52,228 nucleotides of DNA from a virus (taxonomy: Duplodnaviria > Caudoviricetes), in IMG/VR virus record IMGVR_UViG_3300020472_000038, positions 1-52,228 of that record. One strand, written 5' to 3'. The notes under the pieces are model-generated. The model was not told where the DNA came from. It ran no database searches and saw only the letters and a list, made by a program, of their open reading frames with translations. A program made the translations under genes and the position numbers. Shown in pieces: positions 39,315-48,545 of this stretch (its first letter is position 1; each line of letters opens with the position of its first letter).

Positions 39315-40988
39315 ATGTCAGCTAACGTAGAAATAACAGATACCTTTGATCAGTGGCGAACAAAGAGTAATGAGTGGTTATCTATGATATTCCCTGTCGG
39401 CTCTGACAATTTTATTAAGTTAAATAATACAACTAATTCTACTAGTAATACTACAGGATCTATTATTACTGCTGGTGGTATTGGTGTGGCTGCAAGTGCA
39501 GTTATTGGTGGAAAATTAACTGTCTTTGGTGATACAGATATAGACGGAAATGCCAACCTTGACGCTGTTGATATTGATGGAGCAGTACAAATTGATGCTG
39601 CTGTAACAGTCGGTGTAGATGGTACAGGTCAAGATGTCAAGTTTTTTGGTGATACTTCTGGGCAATTTTTACTATGGGATCAATCTGCAGACGAATTAGT
39701 ATTGGCAGGTGATTCAAAACTATCATTTCATGATGCAGCAGGTGGGGAAAATATTATTGCTTCTTCAGATGGTCATTTAGAGATCAATGCAGGAGCTACT
39801 CTTGATATCACAGCTCCAACTGTTGATATCAATGTAGCAACGAAACTTAATGTTGATGGTGCATCACAATTTAATAATACTATAACAGTCGGAGTTAACG
39901 ATACTGGACATGATGTTAAGTTCTTTGGTGCTACAGCTGGACAATATCTGTTATGGGATGAATCAGCAGATGAATTAGCTTTAGTTGGTGACTCAAAATT
40001 ATCTTTCCATGATGCTGCAGGTGGTGAAAATATTATTGCTACTTCAGATGGTCACTTAGAAGTTAATGCAGGAACAACTTTAGATATTACAGCTCCTACT
40101 GTTGATATTAATGTAGGAACTACTCTTAATGTTGATGGTGCATCACAATTTAATAATACTATAACAGTCGGTGAAAATGATACTGGATATGATGTTAAGT
40201 TTTTTGGAGCGACTTCTGGTGCTTATATGTTGTGGGATGAGGACGTAGATGATTTAATACTAGCTGGAGCAGCAAATTTTAGTATAGATAATACGGATGA
40301 TTCTAGTTCAACTACTACAGGATCATTTCACACAGATGGTGGAGTTGGTATAGCTAAAAAACTTTATGTAGGTACTGATTTAGATGTAGATGGAACAGCT
40401 AATCTTGATGCAGTAGATGTTGATGATGCTGTTCAAATTGATGGTACAGTAACAGTAGGTGTAGATGACACAGGACTTGATGTTAAGTTCTTTGGTGCTT
40501 CAGCTGGTGCATTTATGTTGTATGATCAGTCGGAAGATACTCTTGAAATCCGCGGAGCTTCGGCAGATGCAACTACAAGTACTGGTAAATTACTCTTAAC
40601 AACTGCACTTACAGATATAAATGATGGTGATGTAATAGGTCGAATTGATTTTCAAGCTCCATTAGAAGCTGGTGGAACTGATGCCATAGTGGTCGGTGCT
40701 ACAATATTAGCAGAGGCAGATGCAACATTTTCTTCATCAGTTAATTCAACCGATTTAGTTTTTTTAACTGGTGATTCTGGAGCTGCAACAGAGAAATTTA
40801 GAATTGACAGTACAGGACAAGCTACTTTTGCAGACGGAGCAATTGATGTAAACATTGCAAGTCATGATGGAACAAATGGTTTAAAACTAGGAGGAACACT
40901 CGTTACAGCTACTGCATCAAATTTAAACGCCACAAGAACAACAGCAACTGTAGGAAAAGCAATCGCTATGGCCATGGTTATGGGTTAA
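39315..40988 (+). CDS. Putative fibre protein, paralogue 2 (557 aa)
   Basis: Collinear with paralogue 1; internal 279-nt (93-aa) repeat starting at 39606, 39885, 40164; C-terminus GKAIAMAMVMG. Confidence 0.75.
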   Translation: MSANVEITDTFDQWRTKSNEWLSMIFPVGSDNFIKLNNTTNSTSNTTGSIITAGGIGVAASAVIGGKLTVFGDTDIDGNANLDAVDIDGAVQIDAAVTVGVDGTGQDVKFFGDTSGQFLLWDQSADELVLAGDSKLSFHDAAGGENIIASSDGHLEINAGATLDITAPTVDINVATKLNVDGASQFNNTITVGVNDTGHDVKFFGATAGQYLLWDESADELALVGDSKLSFHDAAGGENIIATSDGHLEVNAGTTLDITAPTVDINVGTTLNVDGASQFNNTITVGENDTGYDVKFFGATSGAYMLWDEDVDDLILAGAANFSIDNTDDSSSTTTGSFHTDGGVGIAKKLYVGTDLDVDGTANLDAVDVDDAVQIDGTVTVGVDDTGLDVKFFGASAGAFMLYDQSEDTLEIRGASADATTSTGKLLLTTALTDINDGDVIGRIDFQAPLEAGGTDAIVVGATILAEADATFSSSVNSTDLVFLTGDSGAATEKFRIDSTGQATFADGAIDVNIASHDGTNGLKLGGTLVTATASNLNATRTTATVGKAIAMAMVMG

Positions 40989-41014
40989 TAATATGAATCA
41001 TAAATCATGGAAGA

Positions 41015-41022
41015 ACTAAATA
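41015..41022 (+). promoter_or_regulatory. Late promoter variant ACTAAATA
   Basis: Intergenic, upstream of fibre paralogue 3. Confidence 0.55.
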
Positions 41023-41061
41023 TTGTAAGAAGAATTAGTTAACAATAAGGAATTATAATAA

Positions 41062-42180
41062 ATGTCAGCCAACGTATCACTATCAGAAACCTTTGACCAA
41101 TGGAGGGTAAAGACTAATGAACTTTTAGTTATGACACAAACTGATGGTTCTGATAACTTTGTTAAGTTAACCAATACAACTAATTCTACTAGTAATACTA
41201 CAGGATCTATTATATCTACTGGTGGTATTGGTATAAGTAAAAGTATGGTAATTGGTGAGAATCTTAACGTACATGGTAACATTCATGCTAACGGAGCTAT
41301 CTCTGCAGATGGAAGCATAACTCTTGGTGATGCTGCTACAGACAATATTGTACTTAATGCTGATATAAATTCAAGTATAGTTCCAAATACTAATGGTTCT
41401 TTTGACATTGGTAATACTACCATGTATTGGTCTAATGGATTCTTTGAGTCTATAAAACTTACTGCGGCATCAGATCTTGGAATGACTGCTTTAGCAATAG
41501 ATGCAAATGATGCAGACCAAGCAGCACTTACTATTGATGGAGAACAAACCACAACAGCTATTATGAGAATTGATGCAGATGCGTTAACAACTAACTCAGC
41601 TGCAATTTTTGATGATGACTCTTCAGATACAAGTGCAAGATCTACAGTTATGATTGTACAAGATAATTCAGCTGCTCTTGCTGCCACCGCATTAAAAATT
41701 CAGTCAGATGGTGGTATTACTGGTATGACACTAGATAAGAATTATACTGATGTTGGTACTGCAACTGTTACAGGATTACACGTTGATTTTGACAGAACAG
41801 TACCCGCTTCTGGAACTGCTGCCTTTACAGATATTGGAATTGATCTGGATGTAAACGCTGCTGGACTTGGAACAACTACCACAACTGGATTGGATATTGA
41901 TGTTGTTGGTGCAACTTCTGGAACACATACTGCAGTCGGTTTAGATGTTACAGTAGGGTCAGCTGATACTAATATTGCTGCTAAATTTACTGGTGGTAAT
42001 ATGTTTCTGGATGAACAATCATCTGCTAGTGCAGAAATATCTGGATATGGTCAATTGTGGGTAAAAGATGACTCACCAAATGCATTATTTTTTACAGATA
42101 GTAATGGTGAAGATTTTAATCTTGGATCACGTTCTGGAAGACAACAAAAAGCCATTGTAATGGCTTTTGTTTTTAACTAA
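41062..42180 (+). CDS. Putative fibre protein, paralogue 3 (372 aa)
   Basis: Same N-terminal ~70 aa as paralogues 1/2, different beta-rich body, C-terminus KAIVMAFVFN. Confidence 0.72.
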   Translation: MSANVSLSETFDQWRVKTNELLVMTQTDGSDNFVKLTNTTNSTSNTTGSIISTGGIGISKSMVIGENLNVHGNIHANGAISADGSITLGDAATDNIVLNADINSSIVPNTNGSFDIGNTTMYWSNGFFESIKLTAASDLGMTALAIDANDADQAALTIDGEQTTTAIMRIDADALTTNSAAIFDDDSSDTSARSTVMIVQDNSAALAATALKIQSDGGITGMTLDKNYTDVGTATVTGLHVDFDRTVPASGTAAFTDIGIDLDVNAAGLGTTTTTGLDIDVVGATSGTHTAVGLDVTVGSADTNIAAKFTGGNMFLDEQSSASAEISGYGQLWVKDDSPNALFFTDSNGEDFNLGSRSGRQQKAIVMAFVFN

Positions 42181-42190
42181 TGACTAATGT

Positions 42191-42198
42191 TATAAATA
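42191..42198 (+). promoter_or_regulatory. T4 late promoter TATAAATA
   Basis: Exact consensus, intergenic. Confidence 0.7.
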
Positions 42199-42231
42199 CA
42201 CATGAATACAAATTTTTAAGGAAATAAATCA

Positions 42232-42624
42232 ATGGCAAACCCAAACATAGTAAGTGTAAGCAGCATATACGGCGAGAGTATAGGTGAGGCACTGACCACT
42301 ACGGTTACTACCGATATAATGACTGTTGCTTCTAATAAACTTATAAAAATAAATTATATTCAAGTAGCAAATGATCATGCTTCAACCCTTACTGTGGTTA
42401 CTGTTGCTATTGTTAAAGCTGGTTTTACTTCTGATGGTATAGGATCGGGAGAAGATAACGCTGCAACAATATATCTCGCCTCAACAGTCACTTGTCCAGC
42501 AGATGATGTTTTGGTTATAGTCGATAAACCAATATATCTAATGGAAGGAGATGTGTTAGAGGGTGGTGCGGATCCAGCAACAGCAGATATTTTCATTTCA
42601 TATGAAGTAATAGATGACGCATAA
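42232..42624 (+). CDS. Small hypothetical virion-associated protein (130 aa)
   Basis: MANPNIVSVSSIYG...KINYIQVAN...DKPIYLMEGD...ISYEVIDDA; RBS present. Confidence 0.75.
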   Translation: MANPNIVSVSSIYGESIGEALTTTVTTDIMTVASNKLIKINYIQVANDHASTLTVVTVAIVKAGFTSDGIGSGEDNAATIYLASTVTCPADDVLVIVDKPIYLMEGDVLEGGADPATADIFISYEVIDDA

Positions 42625-42638
42625 TAGAAGGAGTATAA

Positions 42639-43202
42639 ATGGCATATCTTAGATCGGGAATAGGGGGTGGTCGCCAATCCAATTCATTAGTAAGAAATCG
42701 TGAAATGGAAATTCAAGGCGACCTTGCAACGGCAGGAAAGTTGAAATTAACAACTTCTGAACCAACTGTTGTCGATGGTAATGAGTTGGGCCGAATAGAT
42801 TTTCAAGCTCCATTGGATAGTGCCGGAACTGATGCGATATTAGTTGCTGCATCCATATATGCAGAAGCAGATAATACTTTTTCTTCATCTGTTAATGCAA
42901 CCGAATTATGTTTTGCGGTTGGAAAATCAGAAACTGCTGCGGAGAAAATGAGACTCGATCAAGATGGTCAGCTTGGAATTGGTGTTGCAACTCCAGCTTC
43001 TCTTTTACACGTTGCAGGAACTGTTCAAGTTGGTGTGGATGATACTGGACACGATGTTAAATTCTTTGGTGCAACAACTGGTAAATATTGGCAGTGGGAT
43101 GAATCAGCAGATGAGGTTGTAATCGTAGGTAAACAAAGAGTTCTAAAGGGTTCACCATATCAAAATCCTATGCATGCAGCTTGGGCTTTAAGTACGGGTT
43201 AA
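42639..43202 (+). CDS. Short fibre-module mosaic protein (187 aa)
   Basis: Carries GRIDFQAPL..GTDAILV.ASIYAEAD.TFSSSVN and VGVDDTGHDVKFFGA modules shared with fibre paralogues 1/2. Confidence 0.72.
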   Translation: MAYLRSGIGGGRQSNSLVRNREMEIQGDLATAGKLKLTTSEPTVVDGNELGRIDFQAPLDSAGTDAILVAASIYAEADNTFSSSVNATELCFAVGKSETAAEKMRLDQDGQLGIGVATPASLLHVAGTVQVGVDDTGHDVKFFGATTGKYWQWDESADEVVIVGKQRVLKGSPYQNPMHAAWALSTG

Positions 43203-43251
43203 TGGCTTTATGAATATTATAAAGAAATTAGAAAATTAGGAGAAATAATAA

Positions 43252-43701
43252 ATGGCTTTACCTACAGGTAGTGGTACAGAAACTATACATGCTCATCATT
43301 TTGAAGATGTTGACATCGCACAAAATATAATTATTGGAGTTCAACATCATACATATACAACTTTGTGTGTTATTGTATATTGTAATGCTCTTGAGGCAGC
43401 CAACGAAAGGATTCAACTCCAATTGTTGGGATATGATTCACACAGCGGAGCTAGTGCACAAACTATAGTCATTGCAAACTCTAATATTATACAGAACCAG
43501 ACTTACGTTTATTCTGAACGATTTGTTTTTTTTGGATGTGAACCAAGTGGAACAGCCGCTTTGACTGATGCACACCAATTACTTATCGCCGCTCAAGGAA
43601 CAACCACCGCTCAAAACTTACAATTTACAATGAGTGACGCTGACGGAGGAGGCCAGGATTTTGATGTTCACTGCAGCTACCTTGACCAAGATTGGTCATA
43701 G
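43252..43701 (+). CDS. Hypothetical protein, tandem paralogue A (149 aa)
   Basis: AGGAG RBS; collinear with 43728..44177. Confidence 0.8.
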   Translation: MALPTGSGTETIHAHHFEDVDIAQNIIIGVQHHTYTTLCVIVYCNALEAANERIQLQLLGYDSHSGASAQTIVIANSNIIQNQTYVYSERFVFFGCEPSGTAALTDAHQLLIAAQGTTTAQNLQFTMSDADGGGQDFDVHCSYLDQDWS

Positions 43702-43727
43702 ATATAAATTTATAGGAGAAAAATAAA

Positions 43728-44177
43728 ATGGCAGTACCAGTAGGGTCGGGATATGAAACAGTTCATGGTCATCATTTTGAAGATTGTGACAATGCTCAAT
43801 TTCTAATTTTAGGATTACAACATCATGTTTATACAGTAACACTTATTAATATCAATTGCCAAGCGGTTGATGCAGGAACCGATTATGCACAAATTTACTT
43901 GGTAGGATATGATGCACACGGAGGAGGTAGTGCACAAACGATGAACCTTCTACGGACTAACTTATTAGTGAATCAAACTTATGTCTGGAATAATAAGTTC
44001 TCTTTTAATGGCCATGAGCCAAATTCAACAGATGCACTGGATGCTGCATCACAGATACTTATAGCTGCTCAGGGCACTTCTACCCAACAATCATTGCAAT
44101 TTGATTGTACAAGTTCTGACGATGGTGGTCAAAATTATGATGTAATGGTTAGCTATATAGATCAAAATTTTTCATAA
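43728..44177 (+). CDS. Hypothetical protein, tandem paralogue B (149 aa)
   Basis: AGGAG RBS; shared P.GSG.ET.H.HHFED, QHH.YT, IAAQGT, SY.DQ..S. Confidence 0.8.
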   Translation: MAVPVGSGYETVHGHHFEDCDNAQFLILGLQHHVYTVTLININCQAVDAGTDYAQIYLVGYDAHGGGSAQTMNLLRTNLLVNQTYVWNNKFSFNGHEPNSTDALDAASQILIAAQGTSTQQSLQFDCTSSDDGGQNYDVMVSYIDQNFS

Positions 44178-44205
44178 CAGTTAAAAGAATAATAGGAGTA
44201 AAAAA

Positions 44206-45159
44206 ATGAGTGGAGTAATTGGACAAGGACTTAACTCTTCTGGTTTGGCGATTGACAAATCGGATGCGGGGGATTTACAACAATATGCAACAGGTGGCCG
44301 AATCTATGATTACACTTTAGCTGGCATAAGATATCGTTGTCATAAATTTGTATATGAAACGGGGCATACTGACGATGATTTGGTCAATCACCAACAAGAA
44401 TTTGAAGTGAAACAAACAATTACAGCAAACTGTCTTATTGTTGCAGGTGGTGGTGGCGGAGGCCGCAACACCAACTACGCTGGTGGTGGTGGAGCTGGAG
44501 GTTTTCGAGTTGGTGATTTAACTTTTAATGCGGGTGTAACATATTCTATCGCAGTTGGTGCTGGTGGAGGTGGTAACCAAGTTACCCACGGCGACGATGA
44601 TGGTGAAGACGGCGGAGGATCATATATTTCTGGAACAGACATTACTGATATCGGTTGCAGTGGTGGTGGGGGCGGCCAGGGTACTCTCGGTGCAACTGGA
44701 TTTGCCGGTGGATCTGGTGGTGGAGGAACTGCTGTAAATGCTGCTGGCGGATCGGGAATAGCTGGTGAAGGCAATGCTGGAGGTTATGGAGCGTGTGTTG
44801 GCCAAGGTGGTTCTGATTCTGGTGCTGGTGGTGGTGGTGGTGCAGGTGGTGTGGGTAGTCATGTTGCACCAAACGCAGCTACAAATTCTCCTGGCACTGG
44901 AGGAGATGGTTGCCAAAATGACTATGCAGGTATATACGGCCAATGGTATTCTGCCGGCGGTACTGGTGGAGGTTATTACAGAGGCGCCATAAGATGTGGA
45001 ATTGGAGGTTCTAATGGTGGCCGCAGAGGTTTCAAAGATGGCAGACCCCAAACTGGTGCTGGTGGTGGTGGTTCAGATTCTAAATCCACCAACCCTAACA
45101 TAGGCGGTTTTGGGGGAAGTGGAGTTGTAGTAATACGTTATGTCTTACCGGGGCAATAA
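44206..45159 (+). CDS. Glycine-rich domain protein (phage tail-associated type)
   Basis: LIVAGGGGGG, GGGGAGGFR, YSIAVGAGG, GFGGSGVVVIRY. Confidence 0.85.
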   Translation: MSGVIGQGLNSSGLAIDKSDAGDLQQYATGGRIYDYTLAGIRYRCHKFVYETGHTDDDLVNHQQEFEVKQTITANCLIVAGGGGGGRNTNYAGGGGAGGFRVGDLTFNAGVTYSIAVGAGGGGNQVTHGDDDGEDGGGSYISGTDITDIGCSGGGGGQGTLGATGFAGGSGGGGTAVNAAGGSGIAGEGNAGGYGACVGQGGSDSGAGGGGGAGGVGSHVAPNAATNSPGTGGDGCQNDYAGIYGQWYSAGGTGGGYYRGAIRCGIGGSNGGRRGFKDGRPQTGAGGGGSDSKSTNPNIGGFGGSGVVVIRYVLPGQ

Positions 45160-45189
45160 TATAATAAGTTAATTTTATTATAATTTGTA

Positions 45190-46071
45190 ATGAAAACAAA
45201 TCTTTATGTTGTTACTGGTGGAATTGGTAAACAAGTTTTATTTTCTAATTTAATTGAAGATTTAGCAAAAAAGGATGATACTTTAATATCAATTGCAAGT
45301 GTATATCCTACACTATTTGTTAATCATCCTTTAGTTTATTCTTCTATTGATCTTTGGGATATAGACCATTTAAATATTGAACATAAAACCTTTGATCCCA
45401 AATTAATTGACAAATATTTCCATAATATTATAGGTTTTGATCCTTTTTTTTCAAATTATCTTAAATTAGAAGATCACATAATAAATTCTTGGCGTGAAGG
45501 ATTATCTTTAACTCCCACCCAAAACACATACACAGATATTGTGGTTAATAGTGATAATGCAAAAACTTATAATGGGTTTTTACATATTGAGGGAAATGAG
45601 AGATTTGTTATTGTACAATTAAAGGGTGGAACATACATTAATAATAAAAGTAGAAACGAGAAACTTAAAGAAATTAGAGACTATTCTGACACATATCAAT
45701 TAATTTCTGCAATAGCTAATCGTTTTTATGATATTCATTTTTTGATTGTGAGAACTACAGAAGATGTGTATGATGAAAGAATTGATAAATTACCAAATGT
45801 TGGATATGCGGAAAATATTCCATTACTTGACATCCAATATCTGGTTAATAAGTGTTTAACTTTTATTTCTATTGATAGTTGTATTCAACATTTTGCAGTT
45901 AATAAAGAAAACTTAAAAAAAGGAATAGTATTGTGGGGTAATATTGTCGGCCCCCAAATAAATACTATTGGACATAAATATAACACTAATCTAATGTCAG
46001 AAAAAATAAATGAACTATATATTCATGAAGATGTTATATTAGAAAAACTTGAAAATATTTTATCACAATAA
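45190..46071 (+). CDS. Putative glycosyltransferase (GT-B, GT9/heptosyltransferase-like)
   Basis: N-terminal GGIGKQV, C-terminal FISIDSCIQHFA...GIVLWG...GHKYNTN; visibly more AT-rich than neighbours. Confidence 0.75.
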   Translation: MKTNLYVVTGGIGKQVLFSNLIEDLAKKDDTLISIASVYPTLFVNHPLVYSSIDLWDIDHLNIEHKTFDPKLIDKYFHNIIGFDPFFSNYLKLEDHIINSWREGLSLTPTQNTYTDIVVNSDNAKTYNGFLHIEGNERFVIVQLKGGTYINNKSRNEKLKEIRDYSDTYQLISAIANRFYDIHFLIVRTTEDVYDERIDKLPNVGYAENIPLLDIQYLVNKCLTFISIDSCIQHFAVNKENLKKGIVLWGNIVGPQINTIGHKYNTNLMSEKINELYIHEDVILEKLENILSQ

Positions 46072-46103
46072 TTACTATTATCTAATTTTTTAAAAAAGGA
46101 AAT

Positions 46104-46349
46104 ATGGCTGATCAAAACAGCGCGCCCCTCATAGCTAATAGTGCTGGTGTTTTTGCTCCAGACGCGGATTTTCCAAAAGGATATACCAGAGTTACTGCTC
46201 ATCAATTTAGAAGAGAGGCAGAGTATCCAAGTATACAGGATCTTGTTGTGGCCATTCAGGAAAAATTGGAAGGTGACTCTGATGCATGGGATGCTCTGGT
46301 AACAGCAAGAGCGGCGATTAAATCAAAATATCCAAAAGCATCATCATAA
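46104..46349 (+). CDS. Small tail-fibre-associated protein (81 aa)
   Basis: RREAEYPSIQDLVVAI...AIKSKYPK motif common next to phage fibre genes; AAGGA RBS. Confidence 0.7.
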   Translation: MADQNSAPLIANSAGVFAPDADFPKGYTRVTAHQFRREAEYPSIQDLVVAIQEKLEGDSDAWDALVTARAAIKSKYPKASS

Positions 46350-46393
46350 AATCAAATTAAATTTTTAAAGAATTTCTCTTAATCTTTTCCTTT

Positions 46394-46401
46394 ACTAAAT
46401 A
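46394..46401 (+). promoter_or_regulatory. Late promoter variant ACTAAATA
   Basis: Intergenic, upstream of neck-region genes. Confidence 0.6.
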
Positions 46402-46437
46402 ATAAAAGAAAAGGTTTTAACTATAGAGGGATTCTTG

Positions 46438-48180
46438 ATGGCGCTGACTTTACACAAACAAACTGAAAATTTTGTATTGGATCAAGGGGCCACCTTTATC
46501 AAGACTTTTACCGCCAAAAATACAGCAGGTGGTAATGTGGTCATATCTTCCGGCACTACAGAGGCCAAGTTAAGACAATCCATAGACTCTAGTAACAATA
46601 TACACGCCTTTTCTACATCCGTTTCTGGATCAAATGTTACTATTTCAATGACAGCAACAAATACTGCCAACATTTCTGAAGATCGCAGATATGTGTATGA
46701 TGTGGAATTTACTCAATCTGATACCACTACTGTAGAAAAAATAGTAGAAGGTATTGTAACTATATCTCCGCATGCAGGCGATAGAGACTTTCCAGATATT
46801 ATAACAGAGAGTATAGCTGATGGTCAATGGGGGAATACCAAATGGACTGACTTTGTTAGAAATGATGGTTCAAAAGATAGGTTAGTTACTTGGAAAGGTT
46901 CGGGAACGGAACTCGAATGGGGAGACAGCGGTGAGGACAGATGGTATGAAATGGAAGGCCCTCATCATCAAGATATTGAGGAAATGGCAGATGTAGTAGT
47001 AGCAGAAGGAACATACTCTAGTCATGAAGCGTGGGATCAAGCATTGATGAGATTGGTAGAATATCCCAATACCTACAATAGTGATACTGATACTTGGAGT
47101 ACTGGTAGTTATGCTGCTCTTTCTGATGGTGAAGCAAGAAGTGGAGATCCATTTACTGTTTGTTCAGTATTTTCATCACCCTTTAATCCAAACACAGATG
47201 AAGATTATGATCCAGACAATCATGGAACAATTTGGGCTGCAGCACCATATCATTCTAGTAGATCGCGAGGGGGTGGATGGAGGTTACAAACTAAACATAA
47301 TAGACTCAGCTTTCAGATAGGACATTGGAATAGGAATCAAGATAACTACAATCGTGTCGATGGATACCTTAAACCAGAATTTGGAGTATCAGCAAATGTT
47401 TATTTTGAGACACATAATCCTGACTGTTATCAAGATCCATTTGAAATAGGTAATCAACGTACAAACATACATCAAACAATGAATCCTAATGGAGTTGATG
47501 GAGATGTGCGTATGTGGTATCACATCACTTGTGTATATAATGGTGGGCCTGTGGGATATTGGAAACCTAGTACAAGATCTGAAAGTGAGGAAGAGTTAAT
47601 ACAAAACATTAAGGACTCTTTTAAATTCTACCAAACAAATTTATTGACAGGGAAAGTACACGAAATAAAATGGTATCATATACAAGCGAGTAATAAACAT
47701 GATTACTTAGGATTTATTCAAGGAGTAGGATACAGGGGGGATAGACAAGAAGTGGGTTCGACAGGAACATTTTTTGGTGCATTCTGTGATGGATCTCAAA
47801 ATGCATTTGTATTTAAATCGAATTGGGGTGGTACATGGGTAACAAATACAGCATTATCTCACTCAGACTTACAGGGTGACACTTCAGAAACTAAAGCTAG
47901 TCAGCCTTTTAGAGTAAATGGATTCTCTATGGATCCGCTTGGATGGGCAACAAAATACAATAAAGATGCTACAAACACATGGGTATGGAGTCCAAGTCAT
48001 CATCCAAATAGAACTGAAGATTCTTCTGAAAATAAAAAAAATGAATATCCTAATATAACATCTGGTGCTTCAGATAGTAATGATCTTAGAGCTCTTGGAT
48101 CAATGGATGACAAAGGTTATTTTTACACTATGGCAGACAACTCATACTGGGCAAATAACTATCCAACAGATACAACGTAA
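46438..48180 (+). CDS. Hypothetical protein: DQGATF-type N-terminal domain plus ~465-aa Trp-rich, possibly lectin-like extension
   Basis: First ~113 aa paralogous to 48190..48534; WYHITCVYNGG resembles a LamG/ConA motif. Confidence 0.75.
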   Translation: MALTLHKQTENFVLDQGATFIKTFTAKNTAGGNVVISSGTTEAKLRQSIDSSNNIHAFSTSVSGSNVTISMTATNTANISEDRRYVYDVEFTQSDTTTVEKIVEGIVTISPHAGDRDFPDIITESIADGQWGNTKWTDFVRNDGSKDRLVTWKGSGTELEWGDSGEDRWYEMEGPHHQDIEEMADVVVAEGTYSSHEAWDQALMRLVEYPNTYNSDTDTWSTGSYAALSDGEARSGDPFTVCSVFSSPFNPNTDEDYDPDNHGTIWAAAPYHSSRSRGGGWRLQTKHNRLSFQIGHWNRNQDNYNRVDGYLKPEFGVSANVYFETHNPDCYQDPFEIGNQRTNIHQTMNPNGVDGDVRMWYHITCVYNGGPVGYWKPSTRSESEEELIQNIKDSFKFYQTNLLTGKVHEIKWYHIQASNKHDYLGFIQGVGYRGDRQEVGSTGTFFGAFCDGSQNAFVFKSNWGGTWVTNTALSHSDLQGDTSETKASQPFRVNGFSMDPLGWATKYNKDATNTWVWSPSHHPNRTEDSSENKKNEYPNITSGASDSNDLRALGSMDDKGYFYTMADNSYWANNYPTDTT

Positions 48181-48189
48181 GGAATATAA

Positions 48190-48534
48190 ATGGCACTGAC
48201 TTTAAGTAAAAGAACCATAAATTTTGTAATGGATCAAGGGGCTACCTTTGAAAAGGTAATCTATGCACAAAACTCTGCAGGAGGAAATGTCACAATTTCT
48301 ACAGGTACTTGTGCCGCTAAGATGCGACAATCTACATATTCTGGTAACAATATCCACACTTTTTCAACTTCTGTTGCTGGATCGAATGTCACAATTTCTA
48401 TGACTGCAACAAATACTGCAAACGTTGCTGCAGATCAGTATGTATATGATGTTGAATATACTCAATCAGATGGAACTACTGTAGAGCGGGTTTGTCAAGG
48501 AATTATAACCGTATCACCAGAGTCTACAAAATAA
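48190..48534 (+). CDS. Small pre-neck virion protein (DQGATF domain)
   Basis: DQGATF, AKMRQS, ISMTATNT, YVYDVE, RVCQGIITVSP; typical of the gene upstream of gp13 in marine T4-like phages. Confidence 0.8.
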   Translation: MALTLSKRTINFVMDQGATFEKVIYAQNSAGGNVTISTGTCAAKMRQSTYSGNNIHTFSTSVAGSNVTISMTATNTANVAADQYVYDVEYTQSDGTTVERVCQGIITVSPESTK

Positions 48535-48545
48535 GGATTTAACAA

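Noticed and set aside
37436-43202. Possible diversity-generating retroelement or invertible shufflon among fibre repeats
   Set aside because: No reverse transcriptase or recombinase in the window; repeats are direct, in-frame and differ mainly at synonymous positions, not specifically at adenines.
44475-45051. Several overlapping Pro/His-rich ORFs
   Set aside because: Alternate-frame and antisense artefacts of GGT repeats in the glycine-rich gene.
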